Of a stretch of DNA of 64,000 nucleotides, positions 39,087 through 48,654 are shown piece by piece. Every line of letters starts with the position of its first letter. The first letter of the stretch is position 1. A program made the translations under genes and the position numbers. The notes beneath the pieces are model-generated. The model ran no database searches. It saw only the letters and a program-made list of their open reading frames with translations, and was not told the origin of the DNA. Origin of the DNA: Trueperaceae bacterium (GTDB lineage Bacteria; Deinococcota; Deinococci; Deinococcales; Trueperaceae); the NCBI GenBank assembly GCA_965214405.1, contig OZ243956.1, forward strand, positions 2,272,001-2,336,000, read 5' to 3'.

Positions 39087-40435
39087 GAGGTTCGCTCCTG
39101 GGGTTTTAGGAATCTGCCGCGGTGGTCCGTCACGTCACCATTCGCAAAAACCGTCCGGCCCCGCACCAGCGTGCGCCGCACGCGGCCCCGGAAGGTCTCG
39201 CCCAGGTAGGAGCTCACCTTGTGGCGGCTCAAGAGGTCGTCTGTGCTGAGGGTGTGGGTACGGGCGAGGTCTACGAGGGTGAGGTCGGCGTCGAAACCGG
39301 GCTCGAGCCTCCCCTTGCCCGCGATTCGGAAGCGTTCGGCGGGAGCCGTAGAGGTGAGGCGGGCGATTTTTGAGAGGGGAAGGCCGTGGGCAAGTCCGTC
39401 TGTTAGGAGAACGTTAAGCGTACTCTGCACCCCCGCAATCCCGCCCCAGACCTCAAAGAAATCCTCCCGCTCTTTCAAGTCCGGCGGCGACGGTGAATGG
39501 TCCGAGGCAATAAAATCCACCTCACCGCGTAAAACCGCCTCCCAGAGCGCGGCGCGCTCGTTGTCTGAGCGTAGCGGCGGCGCGCATTTGGCGGGCGCGC
39601 CCAAGCGCAGCAGGTCTTCGTCCGTAAAATGCAAATAGTGCGGGCAGGTCTCGCAGCTCACGCGCACGCCGCGGTCTTTCGCGTCGGCAACTAGGGCCAC
39701 GCCTCGAGCGGTGCTCACGTGGACGATGTGCAGGTCCGCGCCCGTCGCCTCGGCGAAGAGGAGGGCGCGGCTTACGGCCTCGAGTTCCGCCACCGCAGGC
39801 CGCGTGGCGAGGTAGTCGCGCGCGCCCTTGCCCCCCACCGCGCGGATTTTCTCGGTAAAGCCCCGTGTCAGCGCCTCGCTCTCCGCGTGGACGGCGACGG
39901 GTAAGCCGAGCTGCGCAGCCATCTTCATCCCCTCAAAAAGCGTGAGGTCGTCGGTGGCCTTGAAGTCGTCCATTCCACTGTCCGACATAAACGCCTTGAA
40001 ACCCACCACGCCGAGTTCGGCCAAATCGGGCAGGCGCTCCAGGTTCTCCGGCGTGAGCCCGCCCCAGAGGGCGAAGTCGGTTAGAGACGAGGCTTCCGCC
40101 GCCGTCTTTTTAGCCAAAAAGCTTTCGCGGTCTAGGACGGGGGGGCTCGAGTTGAGCGGCATGTCGAAAAAGAGTGTGCCGCCCCCCGCCGCGAGCGCGG
40201 CGCTGCCGGTGGCGAACCCTTCCCAGTGCGCGCGCCCCGGCTCGTTAAAGTGGACGTGCGCGTCGATGAGGCCGGGGAATACGTGGAGCCCCGACGCGTC
40301 AAGTTCTTCGCTGGCGGCTCCGGTCAGCTTGGGCGCAATCTCAGCAATCACGCCGTCCTGGACGGTTATGTCGGCTTGCACCAGCCCGCCCGGTGTGACA
40401 AGCGTGCCGCCTCGGATGATGAGGTCACGAGGCAT
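39083..40435 (-). CDS. allB: Allantoinase
   Basis: PGLIDAHVHFNEPGRAHWEG, DMPLNS.PP, GFKAFM, KCAPPLR, SDHSPS, WGGIAG. Confidence 0.95.
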   Translation of the reverse strand: MPRDLIIRGGTLVTPGGLVQADITVQDGVIAEIAPKLTGAASEELDASGLHVFPGLIDAHVHFNEPGRAHWEGFATGSAALAAGGGTLFFDMPLNSSPPVLDRESFLAKKTAAEASSLTDFALWGGLTPENLERLPDLAELGVVGFKAFMSDSGMDDFKATDDLTLFEGMKMAAQLGLPVAVHAESEALTRGFTEKIRAVGGKGARDYLATRPAVAELEAVSRALLFAEATGADLHIVHVSTARGVALVADAKDRGVRVSCETCPHYLHFTDEDLLRLGAPAKCAPPLRSDNERAALWEAVLRGEVDFIASDHSPSPPDLKEREDFFEVWGGIAGVQSTLNVLLTDGLAHGLPLSKIARLTSTAPAERFRIAGKGRLEPGFDADLTLVDLARTHTLSTDDLLSRHKVSSYLGETFRGRVRRTLVRGRTVFANGDVTDHRGRFLKPQERTS

Positions 40436-41654
40436 AACGCGCGCCCAAGATTTCTAAAAAACGCATGACCACCCCCAGCGCCACCGCCACGTCCTCCACC
40501 GTCACCGTCTCGTCCGGATGATGCGACAGCCCGTTGGGCGAGCGCACAAAAAGCATCGCGGCGGGCAGGGCGGCGGCTACGATTTGCGCGTCGTGGCCCG
40601 CGCCGCTAGGGAGCATCGGCGCACCGCCGCTCGCTTTGTGAAGAAGGCGGGTCAAACCTTCGTCCAGCGGCGTCGCCGCCTGCGACATGAGGGGGTGCCA
40701 GTAAATCAACAGCCCCCGCCCCGCCGCCACTCTTTTTGCCTTTTCATAGAGCGCCGCCACTGCCCGTTCGCGTACCCCATCATCCGCATGACGCACGTCT
40801 AAACTCAGCGTCACGCTGCCGGGAATGACGTTGATGGCTCCCGGTTCGACGTTAAGCCGCCCCACCGTCGCCACGAGCCCATCAACTTCCTTCGCATAGG
40901 TCTCGACTTCCAACACAAACGCGGCGGCACCCGCCAGCGCGTCCCGCCGCCCCGCCATCGGCGTGGTGCCCGCGTGCCCGGCCTGGCCCTCGAAGGTTAA
41001 AAGCGCGCGGCTCGAGCCCACCACCGCCTCCACTACCCCTACGGGCCTACCCAGCGCCGCCAGCTTGGGACCCTGCTCGATGTGAACTTCAAGAAATCCA
41101 ACAATTCCCCCCCTTAACAAGGGGGGGCTAGGGGGGGATTTTGCCAACTCACCGGGCTTCCCCCCAAAGTCCCGGATAACCTCACGCATCGTCACGCCCT
41201 GCTCGTCGGTAAGCTCGAGCCACCCCGCCTCAAAACTCCCCGTCAGCGCCCGGCTCCCCAAAAAGGGCAACCCGAAGCGCACCCCCTCCTCCTCGGAAAA
41301 GCCCACCACCTCGAGGGCGAAAGGTAGACGCTTTCCCTCGAGCACTTCCACCGCCGCCAGCCCTGTAAGCACGCCCAGCACGCCGTCGTAGCGGCCCGCG
41401 TTCTTGACCGTGTCCAAATGCGAGCCGATGAGCAGCGCGGGTGCGTCCTTTTCAGAACCCTCGTAGCGCCCCAAAAGGTTGCCGACGGCGTCCACCCGCA
41501 CCGCCATTCCCGCCGCTTCCATCCAGTCACATAAGGCGGCGTGAACGTCGTGCATGGGCGGGGATAAAAAAGTGCGGGTGAGGTTTTCGGGGGTTTCGCT
41601 CATCACGCCTAACGCGTCGCAGCGCGCCAGGAGTTCGCTCGCTCGAGCGTGCAT
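40425..41654 (-). CDS. allC: Allantoate amidohydrolase
   Basis: LTRTFLSP, IGSHLDTV.NAGRYDG, EEEG.RF, EVHIEQGP, GHAGTTPM, SGAGHDA; ATG coupled to the uraH stop. Confidence 0.9.
   Translation of the reverse strand: MHARASELLARCDALGVMSETPENLTRTFLSPPMHDVHAALCDWMEAAGMAVRVDAVGNLLGRYEGSEKDAPALLIGSHLDTVKNAGRYDGVLGVLTGLAAVEVLEGKRLPFALEVVGFSEEEGVRFGLPFLGSRALTGSFEAGWLELTDEQGVTMREVIRDFGGKPGELAKSPPSPPLLRGGIVGFLEVHIEQGPKLAALGRPVGVVEAVVGSSRALLTFEGQAGHAGTTPMAGRRDALAGAAAFVLEVETYAKEVDGLVATVGRLNVEPGAINVIPGSVTLSLDVRHADDGVRERAVAALYEKAKRVAAGRGLLIYWHPLMSQAATPLDEGLTRLLHKASGGAPMLPSGAGHDAQIVAAALPAAMLFVRSPNGLSHHPDETVTVEDVAVALGVVMRFLEILGARYAS
41105..41140. repeat. Small GC-clamp hairpin repeat inside allC
   Basis: Minus strand AATCCCCCCCTAGCCCCCCCTTGTTAAGGGGGGGAA, encoding SPPSPPLLRGG. 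Confidence 0.7.
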
Positions 41655-41998
41655 CAACTCCCCCGGTAGGTGCTGTAACTCCACGGACTCACGAGCAGCG
41701 GCACGTGATAATTCTGCGTCTTATCAGCAATACCGAAGCGGACGGGCACGGCGTCTAAAAACTTGGGTTCGGGTAAAGCTAAGTCGGCAAAATAATCACC
41801 CACGTGAAAAAGAAGCTCGAACACGCCGACTTCCAAATCATCCAAAAGCAAGGGAGCGTCCGTGCGTCCATCTTGATTAGTGGTGAAGCTCGCTAGGTGC
41901 TGCCTCGAGTCGCTCGCCACAAAAAAGAGGTCGATCTTGAGACCCGCGGCGGGTCGGCCCCTGGCGGTGTCCAACACGTGCGTGCTGAGGCGGCCCAT
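41654..41998 (-). CDS. uraH: 5-hydroxyisourate hydrolase
   Basis: [38 protein letters not shown]. Confidence 0.95.
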   Translation of the reverse strand: MGRLSTHVLDTARGRPAAGLKIDLFFVASDSRQHLASFTTNQDGRTDAPLLLDDLEVGVFELLFHVGDYFADLALPEPKFLDAVPVRFGIADKTQNYHVPLLVSPWSYSTYRGS

Positions 41999-42522
41999 CA
42001 CCAGCCCTCGCATTTTCGCAGCGCGGTTATTTGCGCCGCGTGGTGCTCGCCGTGCCACGCGTAAAGCGCGAGATTGCGCTCGAGGGTAGACTTCCCTAAC
42101 TTGGGATGCTGGAAAGTTCTCTGCCAATCACTCTCAGAGAGCGACCTCAGAAGCAGCACCCAGCGTTTATGCAGCGCGTCTAAAAGGGCCAAGGAAACCT
42201 CGACGGGCGCGCTCGAGTCCTCCAGCTCCGCCCACCGCGCCTCGTCGTAGGGGCGAATGGTGGGATTATCTTCGGTCAGGGCCAGTTTGAAGCGGGTGTA
42301 GGCGTTGAGGTGGCTGTCGGGCAGGTGATGCACCACCTGCCGCACGCGCCAGCCGCCGGGTCGGTAGGGCGTCTCGAGCTGCGCTTCGGAAAGTCCGTTA
42401 AGAGCGTTCCGCAACCTCTGAGGCAACCCGGCGACGCTGTCTAACCACGCGTCACGCTGAACGTCGCTCGTTTCGGTCGGCGCGACAAATTTGCCGATGG
42501 GGTAGCGCAGGTCCTCAGTCAT
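41998..42522 (-). CDS. YfiT/BstA-type bacillithiol transferase (DinB superfamily)
   Basis: [50 protein letters not shown]. Confidence 0.9.
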   Translation of the reverse strand: MTEDLRYPIGKFVAPTETSDVQRDAWLDSVAGLPQRLRNALNGLSEAQLETPYRPGGWRVRQVVHHLPDSHLNAYTRFKLALTEDNPTIRPYDEARWAELEDSSAPVEVSLALLDALHKRWVLLLRSLSESDWQRTFQHPKLGKSTLERNLALYAWHGEHHAAQITALRKCEGW

Positions 42523-43459
42523 CTTGCGTCATCGTGAGGCCGATGTGACCGTAGGGCGGGCGCGGGTCGGTGCGGACGGCCACGGTTGCGTCCTTTTCGG
42601 AGGTGTAGGCGGGGTCCCATAACCTGTTTTGCGCTTCAAAAGAGACTTCGGCGAGCTGCGGAAAGCGGGTCAAGAGGCTCGAGCCCATCTCAAAAACGAG
42701 GTGCTGAATGGAGCGGCTGTTGAATGCGTGAAAAATCGCCACCATAAGGTCGCGCACTTGCTCCCCAGCGACGTAGCGGGAGGCGTTTTCATTAAGGGCA
42801 TCCTGAATGTTCGCGTAGCGCCAAAACACATCCAGATGAATGAAAAGCGGACGGTCCACCGCCTCGGGCAGCGTGGTGTGCTCATCGCGGATGAACGAGG
42901 TGAACGAACTCCCGGTGGTCTTGATGAGTTCCAGACCGACGCGGCCACAAGAATGGTCGGTAACGGTGACGCCCTCGCTGTTATCTTCACCCTCCCGCTC
43001 AAAGGTGAGTTCGGCGGCGGAGGCGTCGTTATGCGAGCGGTGGAACAGCACAGGGCTAGGCGCGAAACTTTCGTTTGAGGGAACTTGCGCGGGCTCAAAA
43101 GGCACCTCCTCGCCCGTCAGCCTGAGCGATTCCATTTCCGGATAGGTCGTCAGAAAGGCGCGGCCCAGAAAGTTAAGGTAGCCCTCGAGCGTGGCCCCGC
43201 CAAACTCCAACGCTTTTTTGAGCACAAAGTTCTTCATGCTGTCCGTGGCGACGACGTTGCTGTTGTCGCCCTCGGTGTAGGCGGGAACGAAGTTGTGGCC
43301 CAGCACCTGCACGTCAACCTGGGCAGCAAAGAGCGCGTTGGGGCGGCCCGTAAAGGACGATTCGGGGATGGGGGTGAGGCCTTGTAGGGGCTTAGCGGCG
43401 AAGCGGTAGGCGGTGACCTCGGCCTTGCCGTAGTCAATCGAGGTGATTTTTGCGCTCAT
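42515..43459 (-). CDS. pucL: Urate oxidase (factor-independent uricase)
   Basis: YGK..V, YTEGDNS.VVATDSMKNF, KTTGSSFTSF.RDE.TTLPE..DRPL, SIQH, N.LWD, PYG.I. Confidence 0.93.
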   Translation of the reverse strand: MSAKITSIDYGKAEVTAYRFAAKPLQGLTPIPESSFTGRPNALFAAQVDVQVLGHNFVPAYTEGDNSNVVATDSMKNFVLKKALEFGGATLEGYLNFLGRAFLTTYPEMESLRLTGEEVPFEPAQVPSNESFAPSPVLFHRSHNDASAAELTFEREGEDNSEGVTVTDHSCGRVGLELIKTTGSSFTSFIRDEHTTLPEAVDRPLFIHLDVFWRYANIQDALNENASRYVAGEQVRDLMVAIFHAFNSRSIQHLVFEMGSSLLTRFPQLAEVSFEAQNRLWDPAYTSEKDATVAVRTDPRPPYGHIGLTMTQDD

Positions 43460-43980
43460 GCGGGGTCTCCTAGCAGCGCCTCGAGCCTGAAGCGGGCGAT
43501 TTTGTACACTTCGGCGAGGGCGGTCCGGCGTTCTTCCTCGGCGCTGTGGGGTAAACGAGACTCAAAAGAAGCGAGGATGCTCTCTTTGGTGTGCCCTTTG
43601 ACGGCCAAAATGAAAGGAAAGCCGAATTTCTCTTTATACGCGTCATTGAGCGCGTGAAAGCGTCTGTACTCGTCTTCGCTCAAACGGTCCAGACCTGCGC
43701 CTGCTTGCTCTCTGCTCGAGGCCGCCGTCAAACCCCCCGCCCGTGCCGCCTTGCCCGCCAAATCGGGGTGCGCGCGGATGAGCTCGAGCTGTTTTTCCCC
43801 AGCCTCTTCGACCACCCCGACCATCGCGCGGTAAAGCCCCTCAACGGATGCAAAGGGACGCGCCGCCCCCGCGCCTTCGGCCACCCAGGGGGAGTGCTCG
43901 AACACGCCTCCCAAAAGGTCGACGAAACGCGCTTGGTCGGCGCGGTTGAGCGCGGCGAGCGTGAGTAACGGGGTTTCCAT
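43456..43980 (-). CDS. uraD: OHCU decarboxylase
   Basis: GVFEHSPWVAE, LIRAHPDLAGK, S.REQAGAGLD, Y..KFGFPFILAVKG. Confidence 0.95.
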   Translation of the reverse strand: METPLLTLAALNRADQARFVDLLGGVFEHSPWVAEGAGAARPFASVEGLYRAMVGVVEEAGEKQLELIRAHPDLAGKAARAGGLTAASSREQAGAGLDRLSEDEYRRFHALNDAYKEKFGFPFILAVKGHTKESILASFESRLPHSAEEERRTALAEVYKIARFRLEALLGDPA

Positions 43981-44089
43981 AATGGCTTGAGTATAACGTG
44001 CTGAGAATACCCTGCGGGCTCGAGCGCCAAACGCCACAGGAGCGCGGCGGAGGCTAAACTAAGGAGCATGATGAATTCTGGACGCAATC

Positions 44090-44851
44090 ATGACCGTTGA
44101 CCTCAACGCCGACGCGGGCGAATCGTTCGGCCCCTGGACGATGGGCGCGGACGAGGCGCTTTTTGCGAGCCTCACCTCAGTCAACTTAGCCTGCGGCTTT
44201 CACGCGGGCGACCCCCTGACGATGCACAAGACGGTGCAATTGGCCGCCGCGCATGGCGTGCAGGTGGGGGCGCATCCGGGCTTTCCCGACCGCGTCGGCT
44301 TCGGGCGGCGCGACGTGGGCGCGAGTTTTGAGGAGGTCTACACAGATGTGCTCTACCAGCTTGGGGCGCTGCACGCTTTTTTACGCGCCCAAGGCGCGGC
44401 GCTCCACCACGTCAAGGCGCACGGCGCGCTTTACCTCAAGATGATGCGCGACGAGGCGACGGCCCGCGCGGTGGCGGCGGCGGTGCATGACTACGACGCC
44501 TCGCTCCCACTGGTCATCCTCGGCGGACCCGGCGGGGAGGGAATGGCGAGGGCGGCGGAAGAGGCGGGGGTGAAAGTCGTGCGGGAGGCTTTTCCTGACC
44601 GGGCGTATCTCGAGAACGGTCACTTAGCCCCGCGTAGCCTCGAGGGCGCGGTCATCCCTGACCCCCAGCAGGCCGCGGCTCGAGCCGTCCGAATGGTGAC
44701 GGAGGGCCGTATTGAAACCTTGGACGGCGGCGAGACCGAGATACAGGCGCAGACGCTCTGCGTTCACGGCGACAATCCCGAAGCGCTGAGCATCGCCGCG
44801 GCGGTGCGGGGGGCGCTCGAGGCCGCGGGCGTGTCCGTGCGGGCTTTCTGA
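44090..44851 (+). CDS. pxpA: 5-oxoprolinase subunit A (LamB/YcsF)
   Basis: DLNADAGESFG, NLACGFHAGDP, AHPGFPDR.GFGRR, HVKAHGALY, CVHGDNP. Confidence 0.95.
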   Translation: MTVDLNADAGESFGPWTMGADEALFASLTSVNLACGFHAGDPLTMHKTVQLAAAHGVQVGAHPGFPDRVGFGRRDVGASFEEVYTDVLYQLGALHAFLRAQGAALHHVKAHGALYLKMMRDEATARAVAAAVHDYDASLPLVILGGPGGEGMARAAEEAGVKVVREAFPDRAYLENGHLAPRSLEGAVIPDPQQAAARAVRMVTEGRIETLDGGETEIQAQTLCVHGDNPEALSIAAAVRGALEAAGVSVRAF

Positions 44852-44897
44852 TTCGTGCGGGAAACGTTTTGAGCCTCCGTAAGCTTCTCAGGGAGAT

Positions 44898-46418
44898 GTG
44901 AGGGTGAGTTATCCTTTGTGGAGCGGCTTCTACTTACGGTTTGGGGATGAGCTCGAGCCCGCGCTCAACCGCCGGATTCACGCGCTCACCGCGCGGCTTT
45001 TGGAAAGCCCTCTCCCCGGCGTCACCGACCTCATCCCCGGTTACACCACGCTTTACGTCGAGTACGACGCGCGCACGCTCTCCGAGGCGCGGGTGCGGGG
45101 ATGGGTGGAAGCGCAGAGGGAGGGGGAGGCGGGGCTCGAGCAGACTCCCGAACCTCCCGTCATCGAAATTCCCGTGGTCTACGACGGGGAAGATTTGCCC
45201 GACGTGGCGCAGCGAACGGGCTTGAGCGTCGAAGACGTTATCGCCAAACACGCCGCGCCCCGCTACGACGTTTACGCGCTCGGCTTTACCCCCGGCTTCG
45301 CTTTTATGGGCGAGGCTGACCCCGCGCTGAGGCTGCCCCGCAGGCCGAGCCCGCGCGCGCGGGTGCCCGCGCATTCGGTGGCGATGGCGAATCATCAAAC
45401 GGGCGTCTATCCGACTCCTTCACCCGGTGGCTGGAACTTGCTGGGCCGCACGCTGGTGCGGCTTTATGACCCGCACCGGGACGCGCCCTTTTTGCTCGAG
45501 CCCGGTAGCCATGTGCGCTTCATTCCCTCTCAAGGCGAGCCGCCGGGTGAGTTCGCGCCGCTCGAGCTTCTGCCCAAAAATCCTCAACATCCTTTTCTGA
45601 GGGTGCTCGAGCCCGGCCTGCTCGACGTGGTGGTAGACGAGGGACGCTTTTCGGGTGGGCGCTACGGGCTTTCGCGGAGCGGGCCGCTCGACGCGCGTTC
45701 GGCGGGGTTGGCGAACGCGCTTTTAGGCAACCCCAGGGGGGCGACGCTGCTCGAGCTCAACCTCTGCGGGGGGATTTTTGAAGCGCTCACAAAGGGCGTC
45801 GTGGCCTTTGCGGGTTGGGGGATGGTGCCGGTTGTGAACGGTCGAGAGATAGCACCGTCTGAAAGTTTTGGGCTCGAGCCGGGTGACGTGCTGAGCTTCA
45901 AAACCATCCCGCACGGCAGCCGGGGTTACCTGGCGCTCGCGGGAGGTTTAGAAAGCGGACGCTTTTGGGGCAGCGCCTCGGCGGATGTGCGGGGCAAGCT
46001 TGGGCGGCCCTTGGAGGCGGGCGACGTGCTCGGCGTGGCGGAGGTTCGTAGGGCGCGGCCCGGCTTCTCTTTTACGCCTTATGCCTCGTTTCGAGACCCC
46101 ACCGTGCTGCGTCTCCTCCCCGGCCCGCAGGCCTCCGCGGAGGCATTGGCGGCGCTCTGCGGTGGGATCTTCCGAGTCGGGAGCGCCGACCGCATGGGCG
46201 TGCGTTTAGAAGGCCCGCGCGTACCCGGTAGCGACGTGCTCTCCGAAGCTGTCCCTTTGGGCGCGGTGCAGGTCACCTCACAAGGCAACCCCATCGTGCT
46301 CCTCAACGACCGCGGGACCCTGGGCGGTTACGCGAAACCGGCGCGGCTCCATCCGGCGGACCTCCCCAAGGCGGCGCAACTCAGGCCGGGGGGCAAAGTT
46401 ACGTTCAAGCGCGGGTAA
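44898..46418 (+). CDS. Fused 5-oxoprolinase subunits B and C (PxpB-PxpC)
   Basis: IPVVYDGEDL, GFTPGFA, TGVYP..SPGGWNLLGRT, then G.SRSGPLD, RGYLALAGG, ADRMGVRL, GAVQV, GGYAK. Confidence 0.9.
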   Translation: MRVSYPLWSGFYLRFGDELEPALNRRIHALTARLLESPLPGVTDLIPGYTTLYVEYDARTLSEARVRGWVEAQREGEAGLEQTPEPPVIEIPVVYDGEDLPDVAQRTGLSVEDVIAKHAAPRYDVYALGFTPGFAFMGEADPALRLPRRPSPRARVPAHSVAMANHQTGVYPTPSPGGWNLLGRTLVRLYDPHRDAPFLLEPGSHVRFIPSQGEPPGEFAPLELLPKNPQHPFLRVLEPGLLDVVVDEGRFSGGRYGLSRSGPLDARSAGLANALLGNPRGATLLELNLCGGIFEALTKGVVAFAGWGMVPVVNGREIAPSESFGLEPGDVLSFKTIPHGSRGYLALAGGLESGRFWGSASADVRGKLGRPLEAGDVLGVAEVRRARPGFSFTPYASFRDPTVLRLLPGPQASAEALAALCGGIFRVGSADRMGVRLEGPRVPGSDVLSEAVPLGAVQVTSQGNPIVLLNDRGTLGGYAKPARLHPADLPKAAQLRPGGKVTFKRG

Positions 46419-46522
46419 GGTTTTTGATAAAGTGACTGTGAGTCAGAAGCGCGTGGGCGGGTTTGGGAGGCGCTAGAGTGAGTTAAGAGCCACCCTCGAG
46501 CCCATGAGAGGAATTCCCTTCT

Positions 46523-47776
46523 ATGTCATCCAGCACCGTTCATAACGACGCATCATCCCAGCCGCCGCCGCATCAAACGTGCCCGATTGACCACAAAAAG
46601 CTCGCCGCCCAAAAAACCGCGCCTCATCCCGAACCCTTAAGCAGACTCCTCGAGCAAGACGCCAACGGCACCTGGCACGTGCGCGGCTACGCGGAGGCGA
46701 GGGCGCTGCTGCGCGGCGAGGGCACCAAACAGGCGGGTTTTCAGGCGGAAACCTTTGGCGAGCTGCCCTCGGCCATGACGCCGCCCGTTCTCTTTAGAGA
46801 GGGCGAGGCGCACCATGAAAGTCGCACCCAAACCGCCAAGTTCTTCACGCCCGCCACCACCAGCAAACGCTACCGGGGCCTGATGGAGGATTTTTCGGAC
46901 GCGCTCATCGCTGAGTTTAGGCGCGAAGGCCGCGCGGACCTCTCGAGCCTCAGCATGGCCTTGGCGGTGCAGGTGGCGGCGCAGGTGGTAGGGCTGACGA
47001 ACTCGCGCAACGGGGGCATGGCGGGGCGGCTCGAGGCTTTTTTCGCGCAGCAGAACGTCTCACCCTTTCGCTGGCGTCCCAAAGACGTGCTGCATTTCGC
47101 CGCGAACCAGTGGCGCTTAGGGAAATTTTATTGGATGGACGTGCGGCCTGCGGTCAAGGCGCGCCGCAAGGTGCCGCAAGAGGACGTGATTTCGCACCTC
47201 TTGGAGAAGGATTACAGCGATACCGAAATCTTGACTGAATGCCTCACCTACGGCGCGGCGGGCATGGTCACCACACGCGAGTTTATCGGGGTGGCGGCGT
47301 GGCACTTTTTAGAAAATCCGGACTTACGCGAACAGTATGGGGCGGCGGATGAAAAAACGCGCGTGGCGATGCTGCATGAAATTCTGCGGCTCGAGCCCGT
47401 CATCGGCCGCCTCTCCCGGCGCACGACGCAGCCCGTCACGCTTCTTTCAGAGGGCAAAGAGGTTACCCTCCCGGCGGGCGCGCTTCTGGACCTCCACATC
47501 TACGCCATCAACGCCGACGCGTCGGTGGTGGGCGAGGCTCCCTTGCAGCTCTGCCCTATGCGCGAGACCGCGCGCGGCGTGCCCGCCCCCGTGATGAGCT
47601 TTGGCGACGGTCACCACCGCTGTCCGGGCGCGTACATCGCCATCCAGGAAACCGACATCTTCCTCACCCGCTTGCTGGCGCTGCCCGTGACCGTAGAGCG
47701 CGAGCCCGACCTCAGTTGGAGCGAGGTGACCAAGGGGTATGAACTGCGTAATTTTAGGGTGAGGCTCGAGGGTTAA
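46523..47776 (+). CDS. Cytochrome P450
   Basis: EILR (ExxR), FGDGHHRCPG heme motif, I-helix AAGMVTT. Confidence 0.9.
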   Translation: MSSSTVHNDASSQPPPHQTCPIDHKKLAAQKTAPHPEPLSRLLEQDANGTWHVRGYAEARALLRGEGTKQAGFQAETFGELPSAMTPPVLFREGEAHHESRTQTAKFFTPATTSKRYRGLMEDFSDALIAEFRREGRADLSSLSMALAVQVAAQVVGLTNSRNGGMAGRLEAFFAQQNVSPFRWRPKDVLHFAANQWRLGKFYWMDVRPAVKARRKVPQEDVISHLLEKDYSDTEILTECLTYGAAGMVTTREFIGVAAWHFLENPDLREQYGAADEKTRVAMLHEILRLEPVIGRLSRRTTQPVTLLSEGKEVTLPAGALLDLHIYAINADASVVGEAPLQLCPMRETARGVPAPVMSFGDGHHRCPGAYIAIQETDIFLTRLLALPVTVEREPDLSWSEVTKGYELRNFRVRLEG

Positions 47777-47817
47777 AACCCGTTTCGAAAGAAAGGGGCT
47801 GAGACGACAGTAGTTGC

Positions 47818-48444
47818 TCAGTCCTTTTTGTCTTCATAAACAGGCCGCTCCAACTCAAACGTGTCGGTGATGCGGGCGTAGCCCCTACCCGCCAGCCTGC
47901 CCACAGGTTTTAGCTTAGCAATGTCAATTTTGTCCCCATCTATCAGCACGTCATCATCTACGTGGATGTGCGTAATGCGCCCCACAACGATGTGGCTGCC
48001 GCTTTCGTCCTCACCCACCGGATAGATATGGGCGACCCTGCATTCAAAATGAACCGGACTCTCGGCAACGCGCGGAGGCTCGACGGTTAGCGAGGGCGAG
48101 GGCGTCACCCCGGCCAGAGCGAATTCGTCCTCACCGTAGGGCGCTTTAATTGAGGTGTGATTCATCGCTTTCGCTAAAGCTTCGGTCACGATGTTGACAA
48201 CGAATTCTCCCGTGCTCCGTACATTTTTGAGCGTGTCCTTAGGCGTACCGGGGTCTTTCATACCGAGGCAGAAGAGCAGCGTCGGCGGGGCCGCGCTCAC
48301 CGCGTTGAAGTAAGAAAAGGGCGCGAGGTTGGGCGTACCCGCCTCACTTAGCGTCGAAATCCAGCCGATGGGGCGCGGCACGATGGAGCCGGTCATGAGT
48401 TTGTAGAGCGTGCGCGGGCTGAGGGTGTCGGGGGAGCGTTCCAT
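47818..48444 (-). CDS. Flavin reductase family protein
   Basis: GSIVPRPIGWIST, NLAPFSYFN, KDTLKNV..TGEFVVN, V.ESPVHFEC. Confidence 0.9.
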   Translation of the reverse strand: MERSPDTLSPRTLYKLMTGSIVPRPIGWISTLSEAGTPNLAPFSYFNAVSAAPPTLLFCLGMKDPGTPKDTLKNVRSTGEFVVNIVTEALAKAMNHTSIKAPYGEDEFALAGVTPSPSLTVEPPRVAESPVHFECRVAHIYPVGEDESGSHIVVGRITHIHVDDDVLIDGDKIDIAKLKPVGRLAGRGYARITDTFELERPVYEDKKD

Positions 48445-48654
48445 AGGGTACGGTATGTGTTTTCGGCCGTCTAGAACGTGAGCTGGGTGGGCAGCGGGGG
48501 TTTAGGTGAGGCAGGCGTGATGAGGTGGTGAGGAGAGTACCGAAAACTTCTGCTCCTCATCTTTTTATTTCCTTAAGCTATGAGCTTGCTCGAGCCCCTC
48601 CACTTCATCCTATTGTAATATGTGGGGGTAATATGTGAACAAGGAGGTGCGCGG

